In this document: positions 40,928 through 51,198 of the stretch, piece after piece | Layout of the letters: every line of letters starts with the position of its first letter | Position numbering within the stretch: position 1 is the first letter of the stretch | Source: Alphaproteobacteria bacterium | GTDB taxonomy: Bacteria; Pseudomonadota; Alphaproteobacteria; SHNJ01 | Length of the DNA: 64,000 nt | NCBI GenBank assembly: GCA_004295055.1 | Contig: SHNJ01000031.1 | Location: 170,898-234,897 of the forward strand | Direction: 5' to 3' | The notes under the pieces: model-generated | Database searches by the model: none | What the model saw: only the letters and a program-made list of their open reading frames with translations | Told to the model about the DNA's origin: nothing | Translations under genes and position numbers: made by a program

Positions 40928-41523
40928 AAACAGCTGTTGCGCAAAAATCCGCGCCGTTCGAATTTACGCCGGAAAACAAAAAACTGGCGGAATATCATGT
41001 CGCCAAATACCCGAAAGGCCGCCAGCAATCGGCCGTGATGCCCCTCCTGGATATCGCGCAACGGCAATCGGGCGGCTGGCTGCCGAAAGAAGCTATGGAT
41101 TACGTCGCAAACTATTTGGGAATGCCATTGATTCGCGTATACGAAGTCGCGAGTTTCTATACGATGTACAATTTGAATCCGGTTGGCAAAAATCTGGTTC
41201 AGGTTTGCACCACAACGCCGTGCTGGTTGCGCGGATCGGATGAAATCGTCGGCGCGTGCAAGAAAAAATTGGGCATCGGCATGGGCGAAACCACATCGGA
41301 TGGCAAATTCACATTGGTCGAGGTTGAATGTTTGGGCGCGTGCGTGAATGCGCCAATGGTGCAAATCAACGACGATTTTTACGAAGATCTGGATTCCTCC
41401 AGCATGGGTAAAATTCTGGACGATTTATCGGCCGGGCGTAAACCGGTTGTCGGTACGCAAATTGGCCGGCAAAATTCCGCGCCAATCGGCGGCGCTAAAA
41501 CTTTGACAGAGGTCAAAAAATAA
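40924..41523 (+). CDS. nuoE: NADH-quinone oxidoreductase subunit E
   Basis: [37 protein letters not shown]. Confidence 0.98.
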   Translation: MKTAVAQKSAPFEFTPENKKLAEYHVAKYPKGRQQSAVMPLLDIAQRQSGGWLPKEAMDYVANYLGMPLIRVYEVASFYTMYNLNPVGKNLVQVCTTTPCWLRGSDEIVGACKKKLGIGMGETTSDGKFTLVEVECLGACVNAPMVQINDDFYEDLDSSSMGKILDDLSAGRKPVVGTQIGRQNSAPIGGAKTLTEVKK

Positions 41524-41524
41524 A

Positions 41525-42811
41525 ATGCTTTCGGACAAAGACAGAATTTTTACAAATCTATATGGCCAAGACGATTGGAAACTGGCTGGCGCGAGGCGCC
41601 GCGGCGTTTGGTCGGGCACCAAGGATTTGATTTTAAAAGGCCGCGATTGGATCGTCGAAGAAGTGAAGAAATCGGGGCTGCGCGGCCGTGGCGGCGCGGG
41701 TTTTCCAACGGGCATGAAATGGTCGTTTATGCCAAAAGAATCTCCGGATGGCCGCCCCAGTTATTTGGTGGTCAATGCCGATGAATCCGAACCAGGCACC
41801 TGCAAAGATCGCGACATTTTGCGGTTCGATCCGCACCGTTTGATCGAAGGCTGTTTGCTCGCCTCGGTCGGGATGGGCGTGAAGACTTGTTATATTTACA
41901 TTCGCGGCGAATTTTATAATGAAGCCAAGCATTTACAGGCCGCTATTGACGAGGCGTATGAGGCCGGCTTGATTGGCAGAAACGCCTGTGGTTCGGGTTA
42001 TGATTTCGACCTTTATATGCATCGCGGCGCGGGCGCCTATATTTGCGGCGAAGAAACCGCGCAATTGGAAAGCTTGGAAGGTAAAAAGGGCCAGCCGCGA
42101 TTGAAACCGCCATTTCCGGCGGGTGTGGGATTATATGGCTGCCCGACCACGGTCAATAACGTCGAAACCATCGCGGTCACTGGCGAAATTTTACGCCGCA
42201 GCGGCGAATGGTTTGCAAAATTGGGCAAACCAAAAAACGAAGGCACCAAGGTGTTTTGCATTTCCGGCCACGTCAACATGCCGTGCAATGTCGAAGAAGA
42301 AATGGGTATCCCATTAAAAGAATTGATTGAAAAACACGCGGGCGGCGTGCGCGGCGGATGGGACAATTTAATGGCCATTATTCCGGGCGGATCGTCGGTG
42401 CCGATGTTGCCGAAATCGATTTGCGATACCGTGTTGATGGATTTCGATTCACTGCGCGGCGTGCAATCGGGGCTTGGCACGGCGGCGGTGATTGTGATGG
42501 ATAAATCCACCGATATTGTAAAGGCGATCGCGCGCCTGTCGAAATTTTACAAACACGAATCTTGCGGCCAATGCACACCATGCCGCGAAGGCACTGGCTG
42601 GATGTGGCGGGTTATGGAACGCCTGGTCAAGGGCGATGCGGAAATCCGCGAAATCGATATGTTATTGGATATCACCAAACAAGTCGAAGGCCATACGATT
42701 TGCGCCCTTGGCGATGCGGCAGCCTGGCCAATTCAAGGTTTAATGCGCCATTTCCGGCATGAAGTCGAACGGCGCATCAATGAACGTCATATGCCCATAG
42801 CGGCGGAGTAA
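41525..42811 (+). CDS. nuoF: NADH-quinone oxidoreductase subunit F
   Basis: [55 protein letters not shown]. Confidence 0.99.
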   Translation: MLSDKDRIFTNLYGQDDWKLAGARRRGVWSGTKDLILKGRDWIVEEVKKSGLRGRGGAGFPTGMKWSFMPKESPDGRPSYLVVNADESEPGTCKDRDILRFDPHRLIEGCLLASVGMGVKTCYIYIRGEFYNEAKHLQAAIDEAYEAGLIGRNACGSGYDFDLYMHRGAGAYICGEETAQLESLEGKKGQPRLKPPFPAGVGLYGCPTTVNNVETIAVTGEILRRSGEWFAKLGKPKNEGTKVFCISGHVNMPCNVEEEMGIPLKELIEKHAGGVRGGWDNLMAIIPGGSSVPMLPKSICDTVLMDFDSLRGVQSGLGTAAVIVMDKSTDIVKAIARLSKFYKHESCGQCTPCREGTGWMWRVMERLVKGDAEIREIDMLLDITKQVEGHTICALGDAAAWPIQGLMRHFRHEVERRINERHMPIAAE

Positions 42812-42814
42812 ATT

Positions 42815-44854
42815 ATGCCAAAAATAACCATCGACGGAAAAGAAATCGAAGTCCCAGCCGGAAGAACAGTATTCCAGGCTTGCCGCGACGCTGGCGTCGA
42901 AGTGCCGCATTTTTGTTTCCATGAACGGCTTGCCATTGCTGGCAATTGCCGCATGTGCCTTGTTGAAATGGAAAAAGCGCCAAAGCCGATTGCGTCTTGC
43001 GCGATGCCGGTGGCCGATGGGATGGTGATCAAAACATCGACGCCGCAAGTGATCAAGGCGCGTCAAGGCGTGATGGAATTTTTACTGCTGAACCACCCGC
43101 TGGATTGTCCTATTTGCGATCAGGGCGGTGAATGCGATTTGCAGGATCAGGCCATGGCCTATGGATATGATCGCGGCCGGACGCAGGAAATGCGCCGCGC
43201 GGTTAAGGACAAATATATGGGTCCGCTGGTGGCGACCGAAATGACCCGTTGTATCCATTGTACGCGCTGCATTCGTTTTGTGGATGAGGTTGCGGGCGTG
43301 CCTGAACTTGGCGGCATCGGCCGGGGCGAAGGCATGGAAGTCACGACTTATGTTGAAAAGGCGCTGACATCCGAAATGTCCGGCAATATTATCGATCTTT
43401 GCCCGGTCGGCGCGTTGACATCGAAACCTTATGCCTTTACCGCGCGCCCCTGGGAATTGAAAAAAACCGAATCCATAGACGTGTTAGATGGATGCGGATC
43501 GGCGATCCGTGTGGATGCTCGCGGGGCCGAAGTTATGCGTATTATGCCGCGCCTGAATGAATCGATTAACGAAGAATGGCTGGCGGACAAGCCACGCTTT
43601 GCCTATGACGGATTGAAACGCCAACGTTTGGATCGGCCTTATGTCCGTAAGGGCGGAAAATTACAGCCAGTATCTTGGCAAGAGGCGCTGAGTGTTGTCG
43701 CACAAAAATTGAAATCCACATCGCCGGATAAAATCGGCGCGATTGCCGGTGATTTGGTGGATGTCGAATCCACCTATGCATTGAAAAAATTATTATCGTC
43801 GCTGGGCGTGACCAGCATGGATTGCCGCCAAGATGGCGCAAAGATCGATCCATCGCAACGCGCGGGATATATTTTTAACACCACTATTGCCGGTATCGAA
43901 CAAGCCGATGCATGTTTGATCGTCGGCGCGGATTTGCGCAAGGAAGCCCCGTTGGTAATGTCGCGCATCCGCAAACGCTATTTGCAGACCGGCATGCCGG
44001 TAAGCCTGATCGGCCCGCGCGTCGATTTGACAGTGAAATTCGAACACATCAGCCAAGACGCCAATATTATCGAACAAATTGCGGCTGGCCGTCATCCATA
44101 CGCCGAAAAATTGAAATCGGCAAAAAAACCGATGATTATTGTCGGTATGGGCGCATTGCAACGCGCCGATGGCGCGGCGATTTTGGCCGAATGCCGCAAA
44201 TTGGCGGAATCTTGCAATATGATTCAGCCGGATTGGAATGGATTTAACGTCTTGCACTTAACGGGTGGCCGCGTGGGGGCGCTCGATGTCGGGTTTGTCC
44301 CGCAAAAAGGCGGATTCGATGTCGCTGGCATGCTGAATGGTAAACTCGAAGTCGTTTATTTGCTGAACGCCGATGAAATCGACACCAAAAAACTGGGCCA
44401 GGCTTTTGTAATTTACCAAGGCCATCATGGCGATGTGGGCGCCAGCCGCGCGGACGTGATTCTGCCTGGCGCAGCCTATACCGAAAAAGACGCGATTTAT
44501 GTCAATACCGAGGGCCGTCCGCAACAAGCCTTTGCCGCGATCCTGCCGCCAGGCGAGGCGAAAGACGATTGGAAAATCGTCCGCGCCTTGTCGGAACATG
44601 TGGGCAAAACCTTGCCGTTCAATACACTGGATGAGTTGCGCCTGCAATTAGGCAAGGATCATCCGATATTCGTGACCATCGGGGATGTAACCAGGGCATC
44701 GTGGGGAAATTTCGGCATGGCCGGAACGATTGCCAACACCCCATTTATATTGCCGATGCCGAATTATTATATGACCGATGTCATTTCGCGCAATTCGGTG
44801 ACCATGGCCAAATGCGCCGAAGAATTCGTGCAACAGAAAAAGGTGGCGGCATGA
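42815..44854 (+). CDS. nuoG: NADH-quinone oxidoreductase subunit G
   Basis: [43 protein letters not shown]. Confidence 0.99.
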   Translation: MPKITIDGKEIEVPAGRTVFQACRDAGVEVPHFCFHERLAIAGNCRMCLVEMEKAPKPIASCAMPVADGMVIKTSTPQVIKARQGVMEFLLLNHPLDCPICDQGGECDLQDQAMAYGYDRGRTQEMRRAVKDKYMGPLVATEMTRCIHCTRCIRFVDEVAGVPELGGIGRGEGMEVTTYVEKALTSEMSGNIIDLCPVGALTSKPYAFTARPWELKKTESIDVLDGCGSAIRVDARGAEVMRIMPRLNESINEEWLADKPRFAYDGLKRQRLDRPYVRKGGKLQPVSWQEALSVVAQKLKSTSPDKIGAIAGDLVDVESTYALKKLLSSLGVTSMDCRQDGAKIDPSQRAGYIFNTTIAGIEQADACLIVGADLRKEAPLVMSRIRKRYLQTGMPVSLIGPRVDLTVKFEHISQDANIIEQIAAGRHPYAEKLKSAKKPMIIVGMGALQRADGAAILAECRKLAESCNMIQPDWNGFNVLHLTGGRVGALDVGFVPQKGGFDVAGMLNGKLEVVYLLNADEIDTKKLGQAFVIYQGHHGDVGASRADVILPGAAYTEKDAIYVNTEGRPQQAFAAILPPGEAKDDWKIVRALSEHVGKTLPFNTLDELRLQLGKDHPIFVTIGDVTRASWGNFGMAGTIANTPFILPMPNYYMTDVISRNSVTMAKCAEEFVQQKKVAA

Positions 44855-45867
44855 TGAACGACGCATTCATTCAAACCTATGTAATCCCCGCCGCGTGGAC
44901 CACGGCGAAAATCTTAATGTTCGTTGTGCCATTGCTGGTCGCGGTAGCATTTCTAACATTGGCGGAACGCAAAGTGATCGGCGCGATCCAGTTGCGCAAG
45001 GGGCCGAACGTCGTCGGTCCATTCGGTCTGTTGCAACCATTCGCCGATGGTTTGAAATTGCTGATGAAGGAAATGATTATTCCATCCGGGGCGAACCGGT
45101 TTTTGTTCTTGCTGGCGCCAGTGATTACATTTTCCCTATCCTTAATCGCCTGGGCGGTGATTCCGGTCGGCGCGGGAATGGTTATCGCCGATATTAATGT
45201 CGGTATTTTGTACTTATTTGCGGTCTCGTCCCTGGGTGTTTATGGCATTATCATCGCCGGATGGGCCAGCAATTCCAAATATTCGTTCTTAGGATCGCTG
45301 CGCAGCGCGGCGCAAATGGTATCGTATGAAGTTTCCATTGGATTTGTGATCGTCACCGTATTGATGTGCGCGGGATCATTAAACCTAACCAAAATTATCG
45401 AGGCACAGTCGGGCGGCATTCAAAATTGGTATCTATTGCCACTGCTGCCGATGGCGGTTGTATTCTTCATCTCTGCTTTGGCCGAAACCAACCGTTCGCC
45501 ATTCGATTTACCCGAAGGCGAATCGGAACTGGTCGGGGGTTATTTCACCGAATATTCGGGCATGAGTTTCGCGCTATTTTATCTGGGTGAATATGCGGCG
45601 ATGATTTTGATGTCGGCCATGGCATCGATCTTGTTCCTGGGCGGTTGGGATTGCCCGGTGCCGCTGGAACCATTTACCTGGGTTCCAGACGCTGTCTGGT
45701 TTGCGCTGAAAGTCGCCTTTGTGTTGTTCCTGTTTTTGTGGGTACGGGCGACCATGCCACGGTATCGGTATGACCAATTGATGCGTTTAGGCTGGAAAGT
45801 GTTTTTGCCGCTGTCGTTATTCTGGGTAATCGTTACCGCAGCTTATTTGAAAGTAACTGGGTTATAG
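44851..45867 (+). CDS. nuoH: NADH-quinone oxidoreductase subunit H
   Basis: [63 protein letters not shown]; ATG 44851. Confidence 0.99.
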   Translation: MMNDAFIQTYVIPAAWTTAKILMFVVPLLVAVAFLTLAERKVIGAIQLRKGPNVVGPFGLLQPFADGLKLLMKEMIIPSGANRFLFLLAPVITFSLSLIAWAVIPVGAGMVIADINVGILYLFAVSSLGVYGIIIAGWASNSKYSFLGSLRSAAQMVSYEVSIGFVIVTVLMCAGSLNLTKIIEAQSGGIQNWYLLPLLPMAVVFFISALAETNRSPFDLPEGESELVGGYFTEYSGMSFALFYLGEYAAMILMSAMASILFLGGWDCPVPLEPFTWVPDAVWFALKVAFVLFLFLWVRATMPRYRYDQLMRLGWKVFLPLSLFWVIVTAAYLKVTGL

Positions 45868-45927
45868 GGGTTTGGGTTTTGGGTTTAGGGAAATTTTCCA
45901 AAACCCAAAACCCAATACCCAAAACCC
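45867..45927. repeat. Inverted G-tract/C-tract heptamer repeat (telomere-like)
   Basis: GGGGTTTGGGTTTTGGGTTTAGGG-AAATTTT-CCAAAACCCAAAACCCAATACCCAAAACCC in the nuoH-nuoI spacer. Confidence 0.85.
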
Positions 45928-45940
45928 TTAGGAGTTATGT

Positions 45941-46423
45941 ATGTTAAACCGCACCGCACGAAGCTTTCTTTTGACCGAGATATTGCGCGGCCTTGCCCTG
46001 ACCTTTAAATATATGTTCAAGCCGAAATACACCATCAATTACCCATTCGAAAAAGGCCCGATTTCGCCCCGGTTTCGCGGCGAACATGCGCAGCGCCGCT
46101 ATGCCAATGGTGAGGAACGCTGTATCGCCTGTAAATTATGCGAAGCGGTTTGCCCCGCGCAAGCCATCACCATCGAGGCCGAGCCGCGCGACGACGGATC
46201 CCGCCGCACCACGCGGTACGATATCGACATGACCAAATGTATTTATTGCGGCATGTGCCAGGAATCTTGCCCGGTAGATGCGATTGTCGAAGGCCCAAAT
46301 TTCGAATTTGCCACCGAAACCCGCGAAGAGCTGTTTTATAACAAAGAAAAATTGTTGGCCAATGGCGACCGCTGGGAAGCTGAAATCGCGCAAAATCTGC
46401 AACTCGACGCGCCATACCGGTAA
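45941..46423 (+). CDS. nuoI: NADH-quinone oxidoreductase subunit I
   Basis: [33 protein letters not shown]. Confidence 0.99.
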   Translation: MLNRTARSFLLTEILRGLALTFKYMFKPKYTINYPFEKGPISPRFRGEHAQRRYANGEERCIACKLCEAVCPAQAITIEAEPRDDGSRRTTRYDIDMTKCIYCGMCQESCPVDAIVEGPNFEFATETREELFYNKEKLLANGDRWEAEIAQNLQLDAPYR

Positions 46424-46428
46424 GATTA

Positions 46429-47265
46429 TTAACGGCCCAACCATCTTTGTTTTAAATCGGCGATCCTTGCCGCGCCTATGGTGATAATATTCCGCAAAAA
46501 AGGCGTTGCACCAAATGTTGGCGTCCGGGCCGGGGCGGGATGCAAGCGCGATTTTGGCGGGGGATCTTCGAAAAGAGATTCATTGTCGCCAATTACAGCC
46601 AAATCTCCCGGGCTGTCTTCCGGCACAGGCAAGTCCATGATACCGTAATTGCCGCTTTGATCGTCCTGGGTGGCATCATTGCATAAATCCAACAGTTCAA
46701 ATGCACCGAAATCATGTCCGGCGTCTTCCGAAGATTGACTGGGATCGGTGGGCATTGTTTCCACAAGCCCACACTCATCGTCCGGCATTTCAAATATGCA
46801 CAACCCAGTTGCTTCTTTTTCATCGGGGGGCTGGGATTGCAATTTTTCCAAATATTCATGCGCGTATGTTTTTAAACCGGAACGGGTGTCTTCAGGCAAA
46901 TTTCCACCAGCCCGATCGATCCAGGCGCAAATTTGATCTGTATCCGTGCCGTTCAAATCCGGGTTATTGAGCGTATATTGTTCAATAGCGGCCTGGCGCA
47001 CGGCGGCAGAAGAATTTCCAGACAACGCCCGATTTAAAATCGGCAACCGGTCCGATTCCCAATCCGGCATGCAATCCACCGGTGCGTCTAACAAAAAGAA
47101 AAGCGCAATATTATCAGGAACTGTGCGGCCGGTATTGCTGGAAAAAATCCGGGCCTGCTGCCACAATATGTCCAGCGCTTCGCCGCGATCCATGCCATGT
47201 CTATTTGCGGTGCTTGCGCAAATTCGCAATTCGTCTTCGGTCATCAGGCGGATAGTTGTTACCAT
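46429..47265 (-). CDS. Hypothetical acidic protein (orphan)
   Basis: 278 aa; Asp/Glu/Pro-rich C-terminal half; convergent with nuoI. Confidence 0.75.
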   Translation of the reverse strand: MVTTIRLMTEDELRICASTANRHGMDRGEALDILWQQARIFSSNTGRTVPDNIALFFLLDAPVDCMPDWESDRLPILNRALSGNSSAAVRQAAIEQYTLNNPDLNGTDTDQICAWIDRAGGNLPEDTRSGLKTYAHEYLEKLQSQPPDEKEATGLCIFEMPDDECGLVETMPTDPSQSSEDAGHDFGAFELLDLCNDATQDDQSGNYGIMDLPVPEDSPGDLAVIGDNESLFEDPPPKSRLHPAPARTPTFGATPFLRNIITIGAARIADLKQRWLGR

Positions 47266-47298
47266 TATTCACCAGTCTTTTCTTGATCGTTCCATAAT

Positions 47299-47745
47299 TT
47301 ACGGCACAATTTGCACCTGAAGAGCCCGTCTTAACATCTCAGGGGATATCGTTAAAGCCTTTGCTCCAGGTTGCACATAACGCATCAGGTCAAACAAACG
47401 TGAAAGCGCCAGATGCAATCCCACGTCCTGAACGAATTTTGTTGTTATTTCTGTATGTGGAAAAGGCTCTGGTTGTTCATGGTGGGTACAAGGTTCTCCT
47501 CGTTTAGGATATTGAACCGCCAACCAAGCGCTTTGTACGGTATTGGGTTCAGGCCATTTTTTTGCTGCCGGGTCTGGACGAGTTTCAAACTCTGCCAGCA
47601 TGCCTAATAATTCTTGTTCGGGGTATGTGTTGGCAAGATCGTATATCGTTGCAAAGCATCTATGGGCCTGCGTGATTAGATAATTCTGCATCGGGGTTAT
47701 ACTTCCCGGCAAGCCATATTCATTTACGCGCATCGTCACCACCAA
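47299..47745 (-). CDS. Hypothetical protein (orphan)
   Basis: 148-aa ORF on the same strand as its neighbours; start uncertain. Confidence 0.6.
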   Translation of the reverse strand: MVVTMRVNEYGLPGSITPMQNYLITQAHRCFATIYDLANTYPEQELLGMLAEFETRPDPAAKKWPEPNTVQSAWLAVQYPKRGEPCTHHEQPEPFPHTEITTKFVQDVGLHLALSRLFDLMRYVQPGAKALTISPEMLRRALQVQIVP

Positions 47746-47967
47746 ATTTTTTGGATTGAGTCAGGTCAGAAAATATTTTGGGAATAGGGGTGTATGGCGC
47801 TAGGCGCCAATAATAATCGCGTTAATAGCAATAATGCTGCATGCGGCGGAAATACGCGCTTTTAATAAGGAAGAAGCAATGGTTAATGCTTGCAGCATGA
47901 ATTGATTAAAACATATGTTTTTGCGATTGTCAATAAACCTGACGCAAAATCCCGGATGCTATTAAAA

Positions 47968-48468
47968 CTAACGGATTTTCCCGGGTAATAGAACCCCTTT
48001 TAATGCAAGACCAATTAAAAATCCGGGAATAAAGGAAAGAATCACCCGTTGTCTTTGAAGCCCTGCTTGTATTGGGAATTTCCGCCGCGCATTTTCATGT
48101 ACATTGTCTTTTATGTAGACCAGCGCATCGCTAATTTCAGTGCTGGTTAATTTAGGCCAGTTATAAATTTCGTTGGCTGGTTTGGATAAGGCGCCCACAA
48201 TGCCGCCCATTTTGCCGTTCCAATCGCTGCTGCCATATATTGGTTGGGCCAGCGTATATCCAAATCCGCTGTCGCCAGATATACGGATGCTATCTGCCAT
48301 GGAGTGTAAGTTATCGGTCGCAGGTTGGAATACTTTGGTAACTTCGGTCACTTCGTTGCGGTAGCCCGCAGTTCCGACGTGAATGCCTGTAAAGGCAAGC
48401 GCGGAAACTATTCCGCCGGAAAGTATAACGGCGCTCCAACGCAAAATTCTGTTTTTAGGCAATTTCAT
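47968..48468 (-). CDS. Hypothetical membrane protein (two terminal hydrophobic segments)
   Basis: 166 aa; WSAVILSGGIVSALAFTGI and VILSFIPGFLIGLALKGV; SD GAGGTG. Confidence 0.7.
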   Translation of the reverse strand: MKLPKNRILRWSAVILSGGIVSALAFTGIHVGTAGYRNEVTEVTKVFQPATDNLHSMADSIRISGDSGFGYTLAQPIYGSSDWNGKMGGIVGALSKPANEIYNWPKLTSTEISDALVYIKDNVHENARRKFPIQAGLQRQRVILSFIPGFLIGLALKGVLLPGKIR

Positions 48469-48521
48469 AACCGCACCTCTGTTATGTTTCTTTTACAAAA
48501 ACAGAATGGGTTTGTCCAGAA

Positions 48522-49622
48522 TTACTTCAGTTTGCGTATGGTTACTGGGCTTTTTTTCTTGGCTTTGGAATAGAATTTATCTTTTGCCTCATCCAGCGTC
48601 GATAACAATTCGGCGCCGACAGTACCACCATCGTCTTTGACGCCGCTGCGGATGACCACTTGGATACCGTCGATATGGGCCTTGATCAATTCCATCAAAC
48701 GCTCGTCGATTTCGACATTCTTGGCTTCGGTAAAGTCGCACAAAGATTTACAGAAAATCGTAATCAGGTTGTACCCGAACGTTTCACCCTGGCCGCGCAA
48801 TTCGTGGCTGATATTGTGAATGTTCTGGATGTATTTCCAGGGATTTTTTGGGTTGGCGGTCAGTTGCTCGTAATTCATTTGCAATTGCGCCAAATTGCCG
48901 CGAACCCAATCGCTGTAATCGTCGCTCATATCCTGCAATTGCTGTTCGGCAACGCGGAGCAGGGTTGGATCGATCGATCCGGCATCGGCATCCTTGACGC
49001 CCAGTTTCGCCTTTAATTTGTTTGGCAGGTCGAACAGCCAGATTTTTGCCTTGGTATTAAGCGATTCCGGACGCTTGCCAGTTTGAATAATTTCCATCTC
49101 CGCCATGCCGATTTTGCGGCGGTCAAATCCTTTGTAAGGCAAATCCTGGCGGCGGCGGTCCGGGCCAAAATATTCCCCGTTATAAATAAACTGGCGGGGC
49201 TGGTCGATAATCGACATGATCTTTGCCGCCACCGATTTGGTGGAATAGGGCTTGGTCAGGAATTCGTTAACGCCCAAATCGCGTGCTTCCTGAACGTTAT
49301 GTATGTCGACCGCGCCGGATACAGCAATAACAGGGATAAAGCGATCCGGCGATTCTTCCGATCTGCGCAGCCAACGAATTAACATCGCACCGGAAACCGG
49401 GCTCATCAACCAGTCGCACATGATAATATCGATACCGATTTCACCGGGCTTAGTGGCCGTGAATCCAGCCATTTTCAGATGATTGATGGCTTCGCCGCCA
49501 TCGCGCGCGACCACCAATTTGCCAACCTTCATGCCGCGCAAGACAGAACACAGGGTCGAGCGCGAAAATTCATCGTCATCGGCAACCAAAACGCTTAGTT
49601 TTTCTAGATTGTATAGATTCAC
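48522..49622 (-). CDS. CheY-like receiver + Arg-rich (Cle-type) motif + HPt-like domain
   Basis: VLVADDD, MCDW, FLTKP; YFGPDRRR...YKGFDRRK; C-terminal SHELRGQGETFGYNLIT. Confidence 0.85.
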   Translation of the reverse strand: MNLYNLEKLSVLVADDDEFSRSTLCSVLRGMKVGKLVVARDGGEAINHLKMAGFTATKPGEIGIDIIMCDWLMSPVSGAMLIRWLRRSEESPDRFIPVIAVSGAVDIHNVQEARDLGVNEFLTKPYSTKSVAAKIMSIIDQPRQFIYNGEYFGPDRRRQDLPYKGFDRRKIGMAEMEIIQTGKRPESLNTKAKIWLFDLPNKLKAKLGVKDADAGSIDPTLLRVAEQQLQDMSDDYSDWVRGNLAQLQMNYEQLTANPKNPWKYIQNIHNISHELRGQGETFGYNLITIFCKSLCDFTEAKNVEIDERLMELIKAHIDGIQVVIRSGVKDDGGTVGAELLSTLDEAKDKFYSKAKKKSPVTIRKLK

Positions 49623-49706
49623 CGGCTTATACTCATGTAATTAAGTTTCTATTGTGGCGGTTTGCCGCGATCCTGGCAAGCCGATATGCTGTAGGGGAGC
49701 AAAAAC

Positions 49707-50027
49707 ATGACAAAAATGTTGGTTTATGCCACAGCCGCGGATATCGATCAGGCGCAGGCCATTGCGCGCGCAGTTGTGGAAAAAGGCCTTGCGGCGTGCG
49801 TCAATATTTTTCCAAAAATGGAATCGGTTTATCGCTGGCAGGGCGGGGTTCAGAGCAGCGAAGAAATAGCGATGATTATCAAGACCACCGAAAATCGGCT
49901 GGGTGAGCTTGAAAAAACCTTCCGCGCGCTGCATTCGTATGATGTTCCCGCCTTTGTGGCGATTGAAATTAAAAAGGGCCATAGCCCCTTCCTGCAATGG
50001 ATAGAGGATAACACAAAGCCACTTTAA
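49707..50027 (+). CDS. cutA: Divalent-cation tolerance protein CutA
   Basis: VEKGLAACVNI, SVYRWQG, HSYDVPAFV. Confidence 0.93.
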   Translation: MTKMLVYATAADIDQAQAIARAVVEKGLAACVNIFPKMESVYRWQGGVQSSEEIAMIIKTTENRLGELEKTFRALHSYDVPAFVAIEIKKGHSPFLQWIEDNTKPL

Positions 50028-50106
50028 ACACACATACAATTGTATGTAGTTCATTTTATCGTTTTATTTCATATGGTTAATGATATGCTTGCCATATCAT
50101 TTTCAT

Positions 50107-50134
50107 TTGACATCGGTGGCATATGGGTTATAAC
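50107..50134 (+). promoter_or_regulatory. Sigma70-type promoter of rplM-rpsI (TTGACA-N16-TATAAC)
   Basis: Motifs at 50107-50112 and 50129-50134. Confidence 0.65.
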
Positions 50135-50164
50135 AGTGCCTCATTTTTAAACAGGAATAAAACC

Positions 50165-50638
50165 ATGAAAAGTTACACGGCTAAGGAAGCAGATATGAAG
50201 ACCCAAGCCAAGTGGTACATGATTGATGCCACGGATTTGGTATTGGGCCGTTTGGCCGCCTATGTGGCGTCCGGCTTGCGCGGCAAACTGAAGGCGACTT
50301 ATACGCCGAACGTTTTGACCGGCGATAAATACGTAATCATCAACGCGGAAAAAGTAGCGCTGACCGGCAATAAAATGGAAGGCAAAGTGTACCGTTGGCA
50401 CACCGGTTTTCCAGGCGGCGTAAAAGAACGCACTGTAAAACAGATTTTGACCGGCGCCCATGCCGATCGCGTAATCAAAGACGCGGTGAAAAACATGATT
50501 CGCAAAGGTCCTTTGCGCAATCAAATGCTGGAAAATTTATATGTGTATGCCGGTACCGAGCATCCACACAGCGCGCAACAACCGCAAATGGTCGATGTTG
50601 CATCGAAAAACCGCAAGAATAAAAGGAGTGCAGCATAA
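50165..50638 (+). CDS. rplM: 50S ribosomal protein L13
   Basis: [49 protein letters not shown]; ATG 50165. Confidence 0.97.
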   Translation: MKSYTAKEADMKTQAKWYMIDATDLVLGRLAAYVASGLRGKLKATYTPNVLTGDKYVIINAEKVALTGNKMEGKVYRWHTGFPGGVKERTVKQILTGAHADRVIKDAVKNMIRKGPLRNQMLENLYVYAGTEHPHSAQQPQMVDVASKNRKNKRSAA

Positions 50639-51126
50639 TGGCACAAGGTTTGGAAAGCCTCTCTAATTTAAAAGCGAAAACGGCTCCGGCTGTTGCTGCG
50701 ACCGCTGCTGCGCCAGTGCGCGAGAAAAAATTGGATAAACAAGGCCGCGCCTATGCGACCGGCAAGCGTAAAAACGCTATTGCCCGTGTATGGATTAAGC
50801 CAGGCAAAGGCAAAATCACCGTCAATGGCCGCGACCATGTGACTTATTTTGCCCGTCCGGTGTTGCGTCTGTTGATCAATCAGCCATTGCAAACCACCAA
50901 ACGCGAAGGTCAATTCGATATCGATTGCACCATCACTGGCGGCGGTTTGTCCGGCCAAGCCGGCGCGTTGCGTCACGGTTTGTCCAAGGCGTTGACTTTT
51001 TTCGAACCGGAATTGCGCGGCTTGTTAAAGTCGGGTGGATTCCTGACCCGCGATCCTCGCGTGGTAGAACGTAAAAAATACGGCCGTGCCAAGGCACGTC
51101 GTCGTTTCCAATTCTCGAAACGTTAG
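50638..51126 (+). CDS. rpsI: 30S ribosomal protein S9
   Basis: [41 protein letters not shown]...QFSKR. Confidence 0.99.
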   Translation: MAQGLESLSNLKAKTAPAVAATAAAPVREKKLDKQGRAYATGKRKNAIARVWIKPGKGKITVNGRDHVTYFARPVLRLLINQPLQTTKREGQFDIDCTITGGGLSGQAGALRHGLSKALTFFEPELRGLLKSGGFLTRDPRVVERKKYGRAKARRRFQFSKR

Positions 51127-51155
51127 TCTTTCGAGTCTTTGGATTCTATGCTATC

Positions 51156-51187
51156 AAAGAGGCAGCTTCGGCTGCCTCTTTTTTTTT
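51156..51187 (+). terminator. Intrinsic terminator after rpsI
   Basis: AAAGAGGCAGC-TTCG-GCTGCCTCTTT followed by a T-run. Confidence 0.9.
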
Positions 51188-51198
51188 AGTAGGAAATT

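Noticed and set aside
47800-47898. 32-aa hydrophobic ORF (MLQALTIASSLLK...) on the minus strand
   Set aside because: No SD and no supporting homology or context; cannot be told from chance.
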